From: Eledone cirrhosa | Lineage: Eukaryota | Direction of reading: 5' to 3' | Length of the DNA stretch: 64,000 nt | NCBI GenBank assembly: GCA_964016885.1 | Contig: OZ024761.1 | Span: 9,114,001 to 9,178,000, forward strand | Shown: piece by piece, positions 42,185-55,800 of the stretch | Layout: every line of letters starts with the position of its first letter | How positions within the stretch are numbered: position 1 is the first letter of the stretch | Position numbers and translations under genes: made by a program | The notes under the pieces: model-generated | What the model was told of the DNA's origin: nothing | The model's database searches: none | What the model saw: the letters and a program-made list of their open reading frames with translations, nothing else

Positions 42185-42555
42185 ATAATACAGATTAGTT
42201 TTATAAATAAATATTGACATACCCTGAAAAAGTGCAACTATCAAGGAAGCTCCAGGATAGGAGGTGGTGTGGCGGTGTGGTGGTGGTGGTGGAGGATGTG
42301 GTGTGGTGGTGGTGGTGGTGGTGGTGTGGTGGTGGAGGATGTGGTGTGGTGGTGGTGGTGGTGGTGTGGTGGTGGTGTGGTGGTGTGGTGGTGTGGTGGT
42401 GGAGGAGGTGGTGTGGTGGTGTGGTGGTGGTGTGGTGGTGGTGTGCTGGAGGAGGTGGTTAGGGTTGGAGCCGGGTCTAACAGCGGGAAGATAATTAAAG
42501 TTGTAAAAGCTGGCGGAAAACTTTACAACAGCAGGAACAAAGTGGAGTGAAGCGA

Positions 42556-42617
<62 letters not shown>

Positions 42618-42714
42618 GTGTATATATATGTATATATGTATATATATATATGTATGTATGTATGTATAGGTCTGTATGTATGTGTGTGTATGTGTGTATA
42701 TTTATGTATATAGG

Positions 42715-42749
<35 letters not shown>

Positions 42750-42855
42750 GTATGTATATGTGTGTATGTATGTGTATCTATGTATGTATGTATGTATGTG
42801 TGTGTATATATGTCTATGTATGTGTATGTATGTATGTGTTTCTGTCTGTATGTGC

Positions 42856-42905
<50 letters not shown>

Positions 42906-43137
42906 GTATATGTATGTGTGTGTATGTATGTGTGTGTGTGCATGTAATGTATGTATATGTATGTGTGTGTGTGTGCATGTAATGTATGTATATGTATGTG
43001 TGTGTGTAATATATGCATGTATGTATACATACACGCAGAGACACGCATTTATATATACATGTGTATATATATGTGTGTGTGTGTTTATATATATACATAT
43101 ATATACACACACACATATATATACACATATTTACATG

Positions 43138-43169
<32 letters not shown>

Positions 43170-43462
43170 CACACCCATATGTACATATACATATATATAT
43201 ATATATATATAAATATATATATATATGTATGTGTGTGCATGTATATGTAAACATATGGGTGTGTATATATAAGTATATATGTGTGTATGTATATGTGTGT
43301 ATATATATATACGTGTATATATATATACATATATATATACACTGTATATATATATGTATATATATATATATATAGGTGTAGGTGGTAAGAGAGAAAGAAA
43401 TAATAGAGAGCGAAGATGGGGATTTGGAAAAATAATGGAATGGAAGAATTGATTTACCTTTG

Positions 43463-45000
43463 TTAGGGGTAGGTGGGTAGGTAGGTAGGGAGGGAGGGAG
43501 GTAGGTAGGTGGGTAGGTAGGTAGGGAGGGAGGTAGGTAGGTAGGGAGGGAGGGAGGTAGGTAGGTAGGTGGGTGGGTGGGTAGGGAGGTAGGTAGGGAG
43601 GGAGGTAGGTAGGTAGGGAGGTAGGTAGGGAGGTAGGTAGGTAGGTAGGTAGGTAGGTAGGGAGGGAGGTAGGTGGGTAGGGAGGGAGGTAGGTAGGTAG
43701 GTGGGTGGGTAGGTGGGTAGGTAGGTAGGGAGGGAGGGAGGTAGGTAGGTAGGTAGGGAGGGAGGTAGGTAGGTAGGTAGGTGGGTAGGTAGGTAGGGAG
43801 GGAGCGAGGTAGGTAGGTAGGTAGGTAGGTAGGTAGGTGGGTAGGTAGGTAGGTAGGGAGGGAGGTAGGTAGGTAGGTAGGTGGCTAGGTAGGTAGGGAG
43901 GGAGGTAGATAGGTAGGTGGGTGGGTGGGTAGGGAGGTAGGTAGGGAGGGAGGTAGGTAGGTAGGAAGGTGGGTAGGTGGGTAGGTAGGTAGGGAGGGAG
44001 GTATGTAGGTAGGTAGGGAGGGAGGTAGGTAGGTAGGTAGGTAGGTGGGTAGGTAGGTAGGGAGGGAGGGAGGTAGGTAGGTAGGGAGGGAGGGAGGTAG
44101 GTAGGTAGGTAGGTAGGTAGGAAGGTGGGTAGGTAGGTAGGTAGGTAGGTGGGTGGGTAGTGAGGGAGGTAGGTAGGTAGGTAGGTAGGTAGATGGGTAG
44201 GGAGGGAGGGAGGGAGGTAGGTAAGGAGGGAGGCAGGGAGGGAGGGAGGTAGGAAGGTGGGTAGGTAGATGGATAGGGAGGGAGGGAGGTAGGTGGGTGG
44301 GTGGGTGGGTAGGTAGGTAGGTAGGTAGGTAGGTGGGTGGGTAGGGAGGGAGGTAGGTAGGTAGGTAGGTAGGTAGGGAGGTAGGTAGGTAGGTAGGGAG
44401 GGAGGGAGGTAGGTAGGTAGGTAGGTAGGAAGGTGGGTAGGTAGGTAGGTAGGTAGGTGGGTGGGTAGGGAGGTAGGTAGGTAGGTAGGTAGGTAGATGG
44501 GTAGGGAGGGAGGGAGGTAGGTAGGGAGGGAGGGAGGGAGGGAGGTAGGACGGTGGGAGGTAGGACGGTGGGTAGGTAGATGGGTACGGAGGGAGGGAGG
44601 GAGGTAGGTGGGTGGTTGGGTGGGTAGGTAGGTAGGTAGGTAGGTAGGTGGGTGGGTAGGGAGGGAGGTAGGTAGGTAGGTAGGTAGGTGGGTAGGTAGA
44701 TGGGTAGGGAGGGAGGGAGGGAGGTAGGTAGGTAGGGAGGGAGGGAGGGAGGTAGGTAGGTGGGTAGGTAGGTAGTTAGGTAGGTAGGTAGGTAGGTGGG
44801 TAGGGAGGTAGGTAGGTAGGTAGGGAAGTAGGTAGGGAAGTAGGTAGGTAGGTAGGTAGGTAGGTAGGTAGGTAGGTGGGTAGGTAGGTAGGTAGGTAGT
44901 TAGGTGGGTAGATAGGTAGGTAGGAAGGTAGGTAGGTAGGAGGGTAGGTAGGTAGTTAGGTGGGTAGATAGGTGGGTAGATAGGTAGGTAGATAGGTATG
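43463..45000. repeat. (GGTA/GGGA/GGTG)n tetranucleotide array, ~1.5 kb
   Basis: Visible. Confidence 0.95.
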
Positions 45001-46512
45001 TTTCTTTTATTTGCCACCATGGCATCAAAAGTGGGACAAGTACAATGGGGGGAGTTTACAAAACAAGGCGTCCTCAATAAGGAGGAGGCAATAACAATAT
45101 ATAAAAATAAAATAAAATATAACAAAAAATAAAATTTATAACAAAGTCCTCAATAGAGAGGAGGCGCCTTGGGGGGTCGCACACACCCCCCCGATAAAAG
45201 TGTGCAACCCTTCTCCTCAGGAGCACAGAGAAGGGGTGCTCCCTTGGTCTTTCATCTTCCTCACCTATAGTCTGATGTAGAGTGAAGGCCCATTCACACG
45301 GGCCATTCTCGCCACTTTCACCCATCTTTCATAGAAACGGCTGGGGTGCAGCACCTCTCTCTCCATCTTGATCCTTCTTCCGAAATGATATCGGAAGAAA
45401 CGGATCAGTTGTTGGCCAGAGAGAAAGGTGTCTGACCTCAGTCCTTTCAGACGCGTCCACCATACAACCTCTTTCGCCATGGCTATTACGCACAGAAACA
45501 CCGCCTCTCCTTCGTTTTTGAAGAGGGGAGGCGGCTTGATCGTTACAATAGACTCGGTGGTCAACCGGATTGGTCCCACCCTTGACAGCAGTTGTTCGAC
45601 ATAGCCCCACAGATCGGCAATGCCCGAGCAGTGTACCAATGCGTGTGCAACGGTTTCCTCGTTGCACACGCATCTGGGACAGATCTTTTTCGAGGGGTCC
45701 CTACCCGGGCGCCCGTGTCTGTAGAGCCTTTCTCGAACGGGCAGAGCCCTTCTGTAGCATTGCCAGGCCAGGGACCTCTGGAAGCTATCCATGGGTCCCG
45801 GGCTGAATGTCCTACCGAACAGGTTGGCCAGTTCGTCTTCCTCCATGCCTAGGGGCTTCTCCGAGGGCGTCGTCGCACCTGCTAACAACCAGCCCTCTAT
45901 AGAATGACGAGGTGGATTCTCCACTGACAGCCGGGTCCGCCTGCCAGAGAGCCGTGAGTGCCTGGGCACACTCGGTGTGCCAGGCGCCCAGTTTTCTCGG
46001 TCTTTGCTTGACCCAGGATTGCAGCTCGGTGAGTGAGACGAGTCTGGGAAAGGCTCGCCTCACAAACGGGGCCCACACCGGTTGACCGGAGAGGAATACC
46101 TGAAGGTGCCGTAGCCTTAATGCGTGTTTACGTATCATTAGCCACGGCATCCCCAGCCCTCCTTTCGAAGGGTGTTGACAGCAGATGGACCTCCTCACCA
46201 TAGGAGCCCGCTTCTTCCAAAGGAATTGGAAGAGTGCGCGCTCCATTTTGGCGAGCGTTTCCCTTGGGCAAGGCACAACGGTCAGGCGGTAGTAGATGAC
46301 GGACGCTATATAAGTGTTCGCCACCTCCGCCCGTCCTTTCAGGGACAGTTTGCACTCGGCCCACTTCTGGGTCAGTGCAAACACCCTGTTCGTCACCTCA
46401 CCCCAGTTCTTCTCCACCTGGAGGTCTGGTCCGAACCAGACCCCGAGCAACTTCACCGGGCCCTCCGTCCAGCGCCCGACGACGCCATCGGAGGGCATCG
46501 ATCTGCCCCTCA
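45001..46512 (-). pseudogene. L1/Tx1 ORF2 3' third (frameshift near 45850) plus 3' UTR
   Basis: KLLGVWFGPDLQVEKNW..LSLKGRAEVAN..KGGLG; same family as 8761-9753. Confidence 0.92.
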
Positions 46513-47690
46513 ATCTCGAACAAAAGTAAAAAGCCAGCTCAACCATCACAGAGTGAGATAGAGCTGGTTTTAAAAGACGTCATGAAGGACATCACCTTCA
46601 TTCAGAAGGATAGACTCTACGGGAGTCTATCCATTCTCATGAAGGACAGGGACACAGCAGTGAAACTGTCCATCAAACCAATCACATCCACCGCATACAC
46701 CTTCTACCCTACGTACATGGGTAGAAGAACACAAAAAATAAAAATCCACACCATCCTGCCGATTATGGACATATGGTGGGTTTTGACAGGTTTCCTGGAC
46801 CTGGAGGATGACATGCTGGTGTCCATGGGAAAGGCATCGGGTGACGCGTTCAGTGGAACGAGCCTCGAACTTGTAGTTCAAATGAGGCCCGAAAGGATCG
46901 CCCAGATCCCTGAACGCGTCATACTGGATGATCTATCCTTCATCAACATTACCGTTAAGGGTAGACGGCCCTCGTGTTACCTCTGCGGAACCAGAGGTCA
47001 CCTGAGGGCTGTCTGTCCCCAACTTAATAAGAAAACCCCAATCCTGCCTACACCACCAACAACTGCACAACCAACACAATCCCCACAACTACCACTACAA
47101 AAACAACCACCACAGCTCAAACCAAAACAAAACAATGTCCAACCCATCCCCTCCACGCAAAAAACAAAAACAATTTCCAAAACACCCGCACCGCAAACAC
47201 AACCCGAAAATATACCCCTCCCCTCCAACGCGGAAGATGACCCTAGTTCGTCGTCAGACGAGGAGGAGCACTTCCACACAATCAAAAGAAAAAAAAGAAA
47301 ACACACCTCAGACACACAAATGAAAACAACCCCTCCCCAAAACATAACACTGACACCAACACAAAAGAGCTCACAACAACAGCAAACAAAAAACACCACA
47401 CAAAAACAAAAACATGCATACACATACATAAACACAAGAAACAAAAAAACTGTTAAACATTGTGTACAACAACAATCTAATAAAAACACAAGGGCCTAAC
47501 TTCACCCAGGCAGGGGATTTCCCCCACCTCAAAATGATTAAGGCCCCACAGGACACCTATAAAACTTTAAAAAACAATTTTAAAGAGGACGTGGGTCCCC
47601 CCTGCGTCGGGCCCATTAACCGCGTCCTCCTAAAAAACTACCCCACCCCCTCCCCAAACACCCACACAACTCCAAGCTCCCCAACCACAC
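46513..47690 (+). pseudogene. L1/Tx1 ORF1 fragment in opposite orientation (CCHC knuckle; frameshift near 47460)
   Basis: CYLCGTRGHLRAVC; C-terminal YKTLKNNFKEDVGPP..LLKNYP aligns with YKEIRKSFPRDVGTP..LLKGFP of the ORF1 ending at 63099. Confidence 0.85.
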
Positions 47691-47705
47691 AATATATATA
47701 TATAT

Positions 47706-47777
<72 letters not shown>

Positions 47778-47866
47778 ATATATATATATATATATATATA
47801 AATAAATGAAAGCCATGAAAACGTAATCCGAGAAATAGTCAATACAGCTCTAATGTTATCAGATCG

Positions 47867-47977
<111 letters not shown>

Positions 47978-47997
47978 TACACACACACACACACACA

Positions 47998-48038
<41 letters not shown>

Positions 48039-48178
48039 ACACACTCGAATGCTCAATGTACACAGATACAGATAGACACACAGACAACACAAATACACAA
48101 CACATACATGCACACCCACACTTCCACCCACATACAAACACACACACATAATAATATACCCTCTTCCACACACTTCAT

Positions 48179-48231
<53 letters not shown>

Positions 48232-48254
48232 TACCCTCTTCCACACACATGCAT

Positions 48255-48285
<31 letters not shown>

Positions 48286-48323
48286 ATGTATATATATATA
48301 CTCTCTTCCACATACTTCATGTT

Positions 48324-48361
<38 letters not shown>

Positions 48362-48382
48362 CCCTCTTCCACACACATGCAT

Positions 48383-48419
<37 letters not shown>

Positions 48420-48455
48420 TGTATATATATATATACTCTCTTCCACATACTTCAT

Positions 48456-48504
<49 letters not shown>

Positions 48505-48591
48505 CCCTCTTCCACACACATGCATGTTTATATATATATATATATATATATATAATGTATATATATATATACTCTCTTCCACATACTTCAT

Positions 48592-48640
<49 letters not shown>

Positions 48641-48705
48641 CCCTCTTCCACACACATGCATGTTTATATATATATATATATATACCCTCTTCCACACACA
48701 TGCAT

Positions 48706-48750
<45 letters not shown>

Positions 48751-48978
48751 GAAACACACAGATACATGCGGACACACACATATACATGAATGCATCCGCG
48801 CCCAACCGTGAGTTAAGGGTGCCAACTTCACCGATGTTGCTCAATGAATGACTGGGATAGACCAATCCGGTTGAACCAGACTGAACCAGTAACAGAGTTG
48901 AAAATACATTATGAAGAGAGAAGAAACATTTAGATATAATTAGTAATAAAATGTATCATACCTAAACTGCTCCTAGAT

Positions 48979-49068
48979 TCCTCGACTACGTAGTTTCGTG
49001 GCATAAACAAAAACAATACATCATAAAGATATAGAGTCCTTGCGAGGTCTGCCGACTTATCAAGAGGA
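48979..49068 (-). ncRNA. Hammerhead with U3-A8 core (TTGATAA)
   Basis: tcctc-TTGATAA-gtcggca..tgccac-GAAA-ctacgtag-TC-gagga. Confidence 0.75.
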
Positions 49069-49770
49069 TACCTCATTTTACTAGTCTCAAGAACGCGTCC
49101 ACACGACGTGAGAAAGAATCCCAAAAGGCGGAGGGGGAGATAGTCACGCGATATAACGGTCGAGAAACAGAGCTAAGCCTCTTATAACCCCGAAGAAAAT
49201 ACCACGGAGGCGGAGGGGGTATTTATATCGAAGCCGTAGAAGAGGTGGTGAAGGAGGCGAGAAAGGAATCTAGGAGCAGTTTAGGTATGATACATTTTAT
49301 TACTAATTATATCTAAATGTTTCTTCTCTCTTCATAATGTATTTTTAACTCTGATACTGGTTCAGTCTGGTTCAACTGGATTGGTCTGTCCCAGTCATTC
49401 ATTGAGCAACATTGGTGAAGTTGGCACCCTTAACTCACGGTTGGGTGCGGATGCATTCATGTATATGTGTGTGTCCGCATGTATCTGTGTGTTTCTAAAT
49501 ATATTGTTAATAACTCCCTCTGGTCGAGCAATCTTTGAGGTGTGGGGACTGCTGGAAAGCTTCCATTACTCATACTTCTCGCCTCCTTCACCACCTCTTC
49601 TACGGCTTCGATATAAATACCCCCTCCGCCTCCGTGGTATTTTCTTCGGGGTTATAAGAGGTTTAGCTCTGTTTCTCGACCGTTATATCGCGTGACTATC
49701 TCCCCCTCCGCCTTTTGGGATTCTTTCTCACGTCGTGTGGACGCGTTCTTGAGACTAGTAAAATGAGGTA

Positions 49771-49860
49771 TCCTCCTGATAAGTCGGCAGACCTCGCAAG
49801 GACTCTATATCTTTATGATGTATTGTTTTTGTTTATGCCACGAAACTACGTAGTCGAGGA
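49771..49860 (+). ncRNA. Hammerhead with C3/A8 mismatched core (CTGATAA)
   Basis: Same as 48979-49068 except the first core base. Confidence 0.7.
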
Positions 49861-49926
49861 ATCTAGGAGCAGTTTAGGTATGATACATTTTATTACTAAT
49901 TATATCTAAATGTTTCTTCTCTCTTC

Positions 49927-49984
<58 letters not shown>

Positions 49985-50003
49985 CTCTTCCACACACATG
50001 CAT

Positions 50004-50041
<38 letters not shown>

Positions 50042-50062
50042 TCTTCCACACACATGCATGTT

Positions 50063-50098
<36 letters not shown>

Positions 50099-50198
50099 AA
50101 AGGAACGATCGACTTTCGTCAAATCGGACCGAGGGAACAATGTTTCCGTTGGTCTTTCCAATTGCTAATACTATCTATCAGTCGCAACTCCAGGTATA

Positions 50199-50233
<35 letters not shown>

Positions 50234-50467
50234 GAATATATATATATTACACATACATACATATATATACATATATATATACATATACATACATATATAT
50301 ACATATATACATACATATATATACATATATATATACATATACATACATTTATATATACATATATATATATACATATACATACATATATATATACATATAT
50401 ATATATATACATATACACATATACATATACCAACATATATATATATATACACATATATATGTACATA

Positions 50468-50501
<34 letters not shown>

Positions 50502-50789
50502 TGTACATATATATATATATACATATATGCACATATATATTCATATATATATATCTGGTTAGCATTTATTTTTTATCATTTATTTTGTTTTGACCTGTTT
50601 AGCTTGATTTGGTTTTGGGCTTGGGGTTAATGCCTTCTTGACCACCTTTTCAGTTTTGTATGGCTTCTTAACACATTGTTTAGCTCTGGTTTTTAACTAT
50701 TGAGCACTTTGCCAGTATCATTTCTGGTTTTTGCGTTTCGCTTTGCTTTTCCTGCCCACCGAAAATGCGATTCGCGCTGAATCTTTATT

Positions 50790-50826
<37 letters not shown>

Positions 50827-51357
50827 GGTGGCTGCCAACTCGTTTTCGAGTACGGCCACTACTTTATATCCATGTAGGAGAACCCCTACCGATGTACTGA
50901 ACGAGTGTGACTTTTTAGTCCAGCCAGCGACTTGAAAACTCTGGTACAAACACTACACTTGTGACAATTATTGACACATAGTGCTGGGCCCATGGTATCA
51001 TGTGACGACAAGTGCAGGGAGATTTCCAGATATAAAGCAATGCCTGTGCCGTGAAGCTTTTATAGTGAGCAAAGGCACTGCACAAAGCCAGTCCCACTCT
51101 CTTAACTAAGATGATATTTACCAAAAAGAAGAACAAGTCAACATCATTGGATACCATCAGGGTTGCAGGTGTTATATCAGAGTTTTCCTTCTCCTAGAAT
51201 TCTGCCTTGACAAAGGCTAAGGGGTCATCTCTCCCGGTGATTTTGGTATATATACATATATACATACACACACACACATATATATATATTTATTAAAATA
51301 ACAGATTAAAGTTTAAGCAAAGAATCGCTGCTTTCACCCTTAACGGGATCTTCTGAA

Positions 51358-51412
<55 letters not shown>

Positions 51413-51499
51413 TATGTATGTCTGTGTCTGTTATAGATGTCTCCCCCTCTTCCTCTGTCTGTATGTGTATAGATGGACGCTTTCCGTTTTAATGGGATA

Positions 51500-51590
51500 T
51501 TTGGAACGTAAGGTTATCCCAAGCAAGATTAGTTCGTTTAATCAACACAACGTTATAATGAGTTATTCCTGCCTGGAAAACATCACCACC
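51500..51590 (+). pseudogene. Small relic of a Naiad-type PLE linker
   Basis: FNQHNVIMSYSCLENI resembles IFNRYTVKFSYSTSNN at 30721-30810. Confidence 0.45.
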
Positions 51591-51819
51591 ACAAAGTAAC
51601 ACACAGAGGGTCACACTAACATTCTGCCTACCACTGGTATGGTATGGACCCATATCTTTTGTTGACGTCGTAGGGGTGCCGTATTTAGATATGGCACCTC
51701 TCCGCTATTTTTAAGTCTGGCTGAGCTTGTCTTTCTCCAGGCCTGAGTACCACAGATTTCTTCCAGAGAAGGATAGAAAGTGTCAGATAAGACATGAGAA
51801 AGAGATATAGAGGAAGACT

Positions 51820-52300
51820 TGACCCCAGTACTAGACTCATACCTTTTTTTGATCGATCTTGAAAGGATGAAAATCAAAGTTGACCTCGGCGTGATTTGAA
51901 CTCAGAGAGCAGAAATTTGAAACGAATACTGTAAAGCATTCTATCTGACGTTCTAGCGACTCTTACAATTCGCCACACTGATACGATGCTTCTCAGCATA
52001 GAGGTACGGCCATTTATGATCTGAGTTCAAATCCCGCCGAGGTTAACTTTGCCTTTCATCCATACGGGGTCGATAAAATAAAGTACCAGTCACGCACTGG
52101 GGGTAGATTTAATCGACTTTCCCCTCCCCCCAAATTGTTGGCCCTGTGCCTATATAAGAAACCATTATTATTCATTAAATGTGAAGGCGCGTGTCTGAGC
52201 GGTTAGAAAAATTGGATTCGCAATCGCGAGTTTGTGAGTTCGATTCCCGGACCGGGCGATGCGTTGTCCTTGAGCAAGACACTATATTTCACGTTGCCTC
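51820..52300. mobile_element. SINE cluster: Meta-SINE (-) 51820-51975, Meta-SINE (+) 51985-52172, tRNA-like head of another SINE (+) 52183-52300
   Basis: gagttcaaatcccgccgagg..ggggtcgataaaataaagtaccag; gagttcgattcccgg..tgtccttgagcaagacact. Confidence 0.75.
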
Positions 52301-52404
52301 TTCAACCTGAATTATGACACACGGAATACTGACATTGTTGAAATTAATATATAGATGTCTATATATACATATGTATGTATATAGAAATATATCTATGAAT
52401 ATAA

Positions 52405-52470
<66 letters not shown>

Positions 52471-52496
52471 ATAGAAATATATCTATGAATATAAAG

Positions 52497-52527
<31 letters not shown>

Positions 52528-52562
52528 TATCTATGAATATAAAGATATATATATAAATATAA

Positions 52563-52607
<45 letters not shown>

Positions 52608-52808
52608 CATCAGTGTGGGGGAGGAGGTTTATCTTTGATTTATATTAAATCCACCATTACTTTTGAGACTTTAAGTGATTAGAAACACAGAAAAACTCTA
52701 AACAAAAGGGAACGTCAGTATTTAATGAGATTGAAAGAAAGTTTGCTGGAAGGGTTTCGTTCAATAACACAGTTCCTTGTTTACTAGTAATCATACGTCT
52801 TTGTTTTC

Positions 52809-55800
52809 TATTCCTACCTGTTAATACCAACATTTATTCCTACCTGGTAATACCTACATTTATTCCTACCTGTTAATACCAACATTTATTCCTACCTGTT
52901 AATACCAACATTTATTCCTACCTGTTAATACCTACATTTATTCCTACCTGTTAATACCTACATTTATTCCTACCTGTTAATACCTACATTTATTCCTACC
53001 TGTTAATACCAACATTTATTCCTACCTGTTAATACCTACATTTATTCCTACCTGTTAATACCAACATTTATTCCTACCTGTTAATACCTACATTTATTCC
53101 TACCTGTTAATACCTACTTTTATTCCTACCTGTTAATACCTACATTTATTCCTACCTGTTAATACCAACATTTATTCCTACCTGTTAATACCAACATTTA
53201 TTCCTACCTGGTAATACCAACATTTATTCCTACCTGGTAATACCTACATTTATTCCTACCTGTTAATACCAACATTTATTCCTACCTGTTAATACCTACT
53301 TTTATTCCTACCTGTTAATACCAACATTTATTCCTACCTGTTAATACCAACATTTATTCCTACCTGGTAATACCAACATTTATTCCTACCTGGTAATACC
53401 AACATTTATTCCTACCTGGTAATACCAACATTTATTCCTACCTGGTAATACCAACATTTATTCCTACCTGTTAATACCAACATTTATTCCTACCTGTTAA
53501 TACCTACATTTATTCCTACCTGTTAATACCTACATTTATTCCTACCTGTTAATACCAACATTTATTCCTACCTGTTAATACCTACATTTATTCCTACCTG
53601 GTAATACCTACATTTATTCCTACCTGGTAATACCTACATTTATTCCTACCTGTTAATACCAACATTTATTCCTACCTGTTAATACCAACATTTATTCCTA
53701 CCTGTTAATACCTACATTTATTCCTACCTGTTAATACCTACTTTTATTCCTACCTGGTAATACCTACATTTATTCCTACCTGGTAATACCTACATTTATT
53801 CCTACCTGTTAATACCAACATTTATTCCTACCTGGTAATACCAACATTTATTCCTACCTGTTAATACCTACATTTATTCCTACCTGGTAATACCAACATT
53901 TATTCCTACCTGTTAATACCTACATTTATTCCTACCTGTTAATACCTACATTTATTCCTACCTGTTAATACCTACATTTATTCCTACCTGTTAATACCTA
54001 CATTTATTCCTACCTGGTAATACCTACATTTATTCCTACCTGGTAATACCTACATTTATTCCTACCTGTTAATACCTACATTTATTCCTACCTGTTAATA
54101 CCTACATTTATTCCTACCTGTTAATACCAACATTTATTCCTACCTGGTAATACCAACATTTATTCCTACCTGGTAATACCAACATTTATTCCTACCTGTT
54201 AATACCAACATTTATTCCTACCTGTTAATACCAACATTTATTCCTACCTGTTAATACCTACATTTATTCCTACCTGTTAATACCAACATTTATTCCTACC
54301 TGGTAATACCAAGATTTATTCCTACCTGGTAATACCTACATTTATTCCTACCTGTTAATACCAACATTTATTCCTACCTGTTAATACCAACATTTATTCC
54401 TACCTGTTAATACCTACATTTATTCCTACCTGTTAATACCTACATTTATTCCTACCTGTTAATACCAACATTTATTCCTACCTGTTAATACCAACATTTA
54501 TTCCTACCTGGTAATACCTACATTTATTCCTACCTGTTAATACCTACATTTATTCCTACCTGTTAATACCAACATTTATTCCTACCTGTTAATACCAACA
54601 TTTATTCCTACCTGGTAATACCTACATTTATTCCTACCTGGTAATACCAACATTTATTCCTACCTGTTAATACCAACATTTATTCCTACCTGTTAATACC
54701 TACATTTATTCCTACCTGTTAATACCAACATTTATTCATACCTGTTAATACCAACATTTATTCCTACCTGTTAATACCTACATTTATTCCTACCTGTTAA
54801 TACCAACATTTATTCCTACCTGTTAATACCAACATTTATTCCTACCTGTTAATACCAACATTTATTCATACCTGTTAATACCTACATTTATTCCTACCTG
54901 TTAATACCAACATTTATTCATACCTGTTAATACCTACATTTATTCCTACCTGTTAATACCTACATTTATTCCTACCTGTTAATACCAACATTTATTCCTA
55001 CCTGTTAATACCAACATTTATTCCTACCTGTTAATACCAACATTTATTCATACCTGTTAATACCTACATTTATTCCTACCTGTTAATACCTACATTTATT
55101 CCTACCTGTTAATACCTACATTTATTCCTACCTGTTAATACCAACATTTATTCCTACCTGGTAATACCAACATTTATTCATACCTGTTAATACCTACATT
55201 TATTCCTACCTGTTAATACCTACATTTATTCCTACCTGTTAATACCTACATTTATTCCTACCTGTTAATACCAACATTTATTCCTACCTGGTAATACCTA
55301 CATTTATTCCTACCTGTTAATACCAACATTTATTCATACCTGTTAATACCTACATTTATTCCTACCTGTTAATACCAACATTTATTCATACCTGTTAATA
55401 CCTACATTTATTCCTACCTGTTAATACCAACATTTATTCATACCTGTTAATACCTACATTTATTCCTACCTGTTAATACCTACATTTATTCCTACCTGTT
55501 AATACCAACATTTATTCCTACCTGTTAATACCTACATTTATTCCTACCTGGTAATACCTACATTTATTCCTACCTGTTAATACCTACATTTATTCCTACC
55601 TGGTAATACCAACATTTATTCCTACCTGTTAATACCAACATTTATTCCTACCTGTTAATACCTACATTTATTCCTACCTGTTAATACCAACATTTATTCC
55701 TACCTGTTAATACCAACATTTATTCCTACCTGTTAATACCAACATTTATTCCTACCTGTTAATACCAACATTTATTCCTACCTGGTAATACCAACATTTA

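Larger units (their letters stand above)
48746..49931. mobile_element. Non-coding hammerhead-containing PLE/retrozyme-like insertion: minus copy 48746-49263 head-to-head with a plus partial-tandem copy 49264-49931
   Basis: Segments are near-identical reverse complements; 49264-49338 is repeated at 49857-49931. Confidence 0.85.
48157..50065. repeat. Compound tandem repeat [ctcttccaca(c/t)ac(atg/tt)catgttt + variable (TA)n], interrupted by the 48746-49931 insertion
   Basis: About nine units at 48157-48720 and two more at 49981-50065. Confidence 0.9.

Noticed and set aside
42264-42475. Telomere-like sequence
   Set aside because: (GGT)n microsatellite with a single TTAGGG.
43131-45125. 664-aa Pro-rich ORF
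   Set aside because: Reverse translation of a tetranucleotide array.
51311-51359. Hammerhead-like motif on - (CAGAAGA, ccc/ggg, GAAA)
   Set aside because: Variant core and only 2-bp stem I before (TA)n; not counted.
52183-52260. tRNA gene
   Set aside because: Has A/B-box-like motifs but no clean cloverleaf and continues into SINE body sequence.
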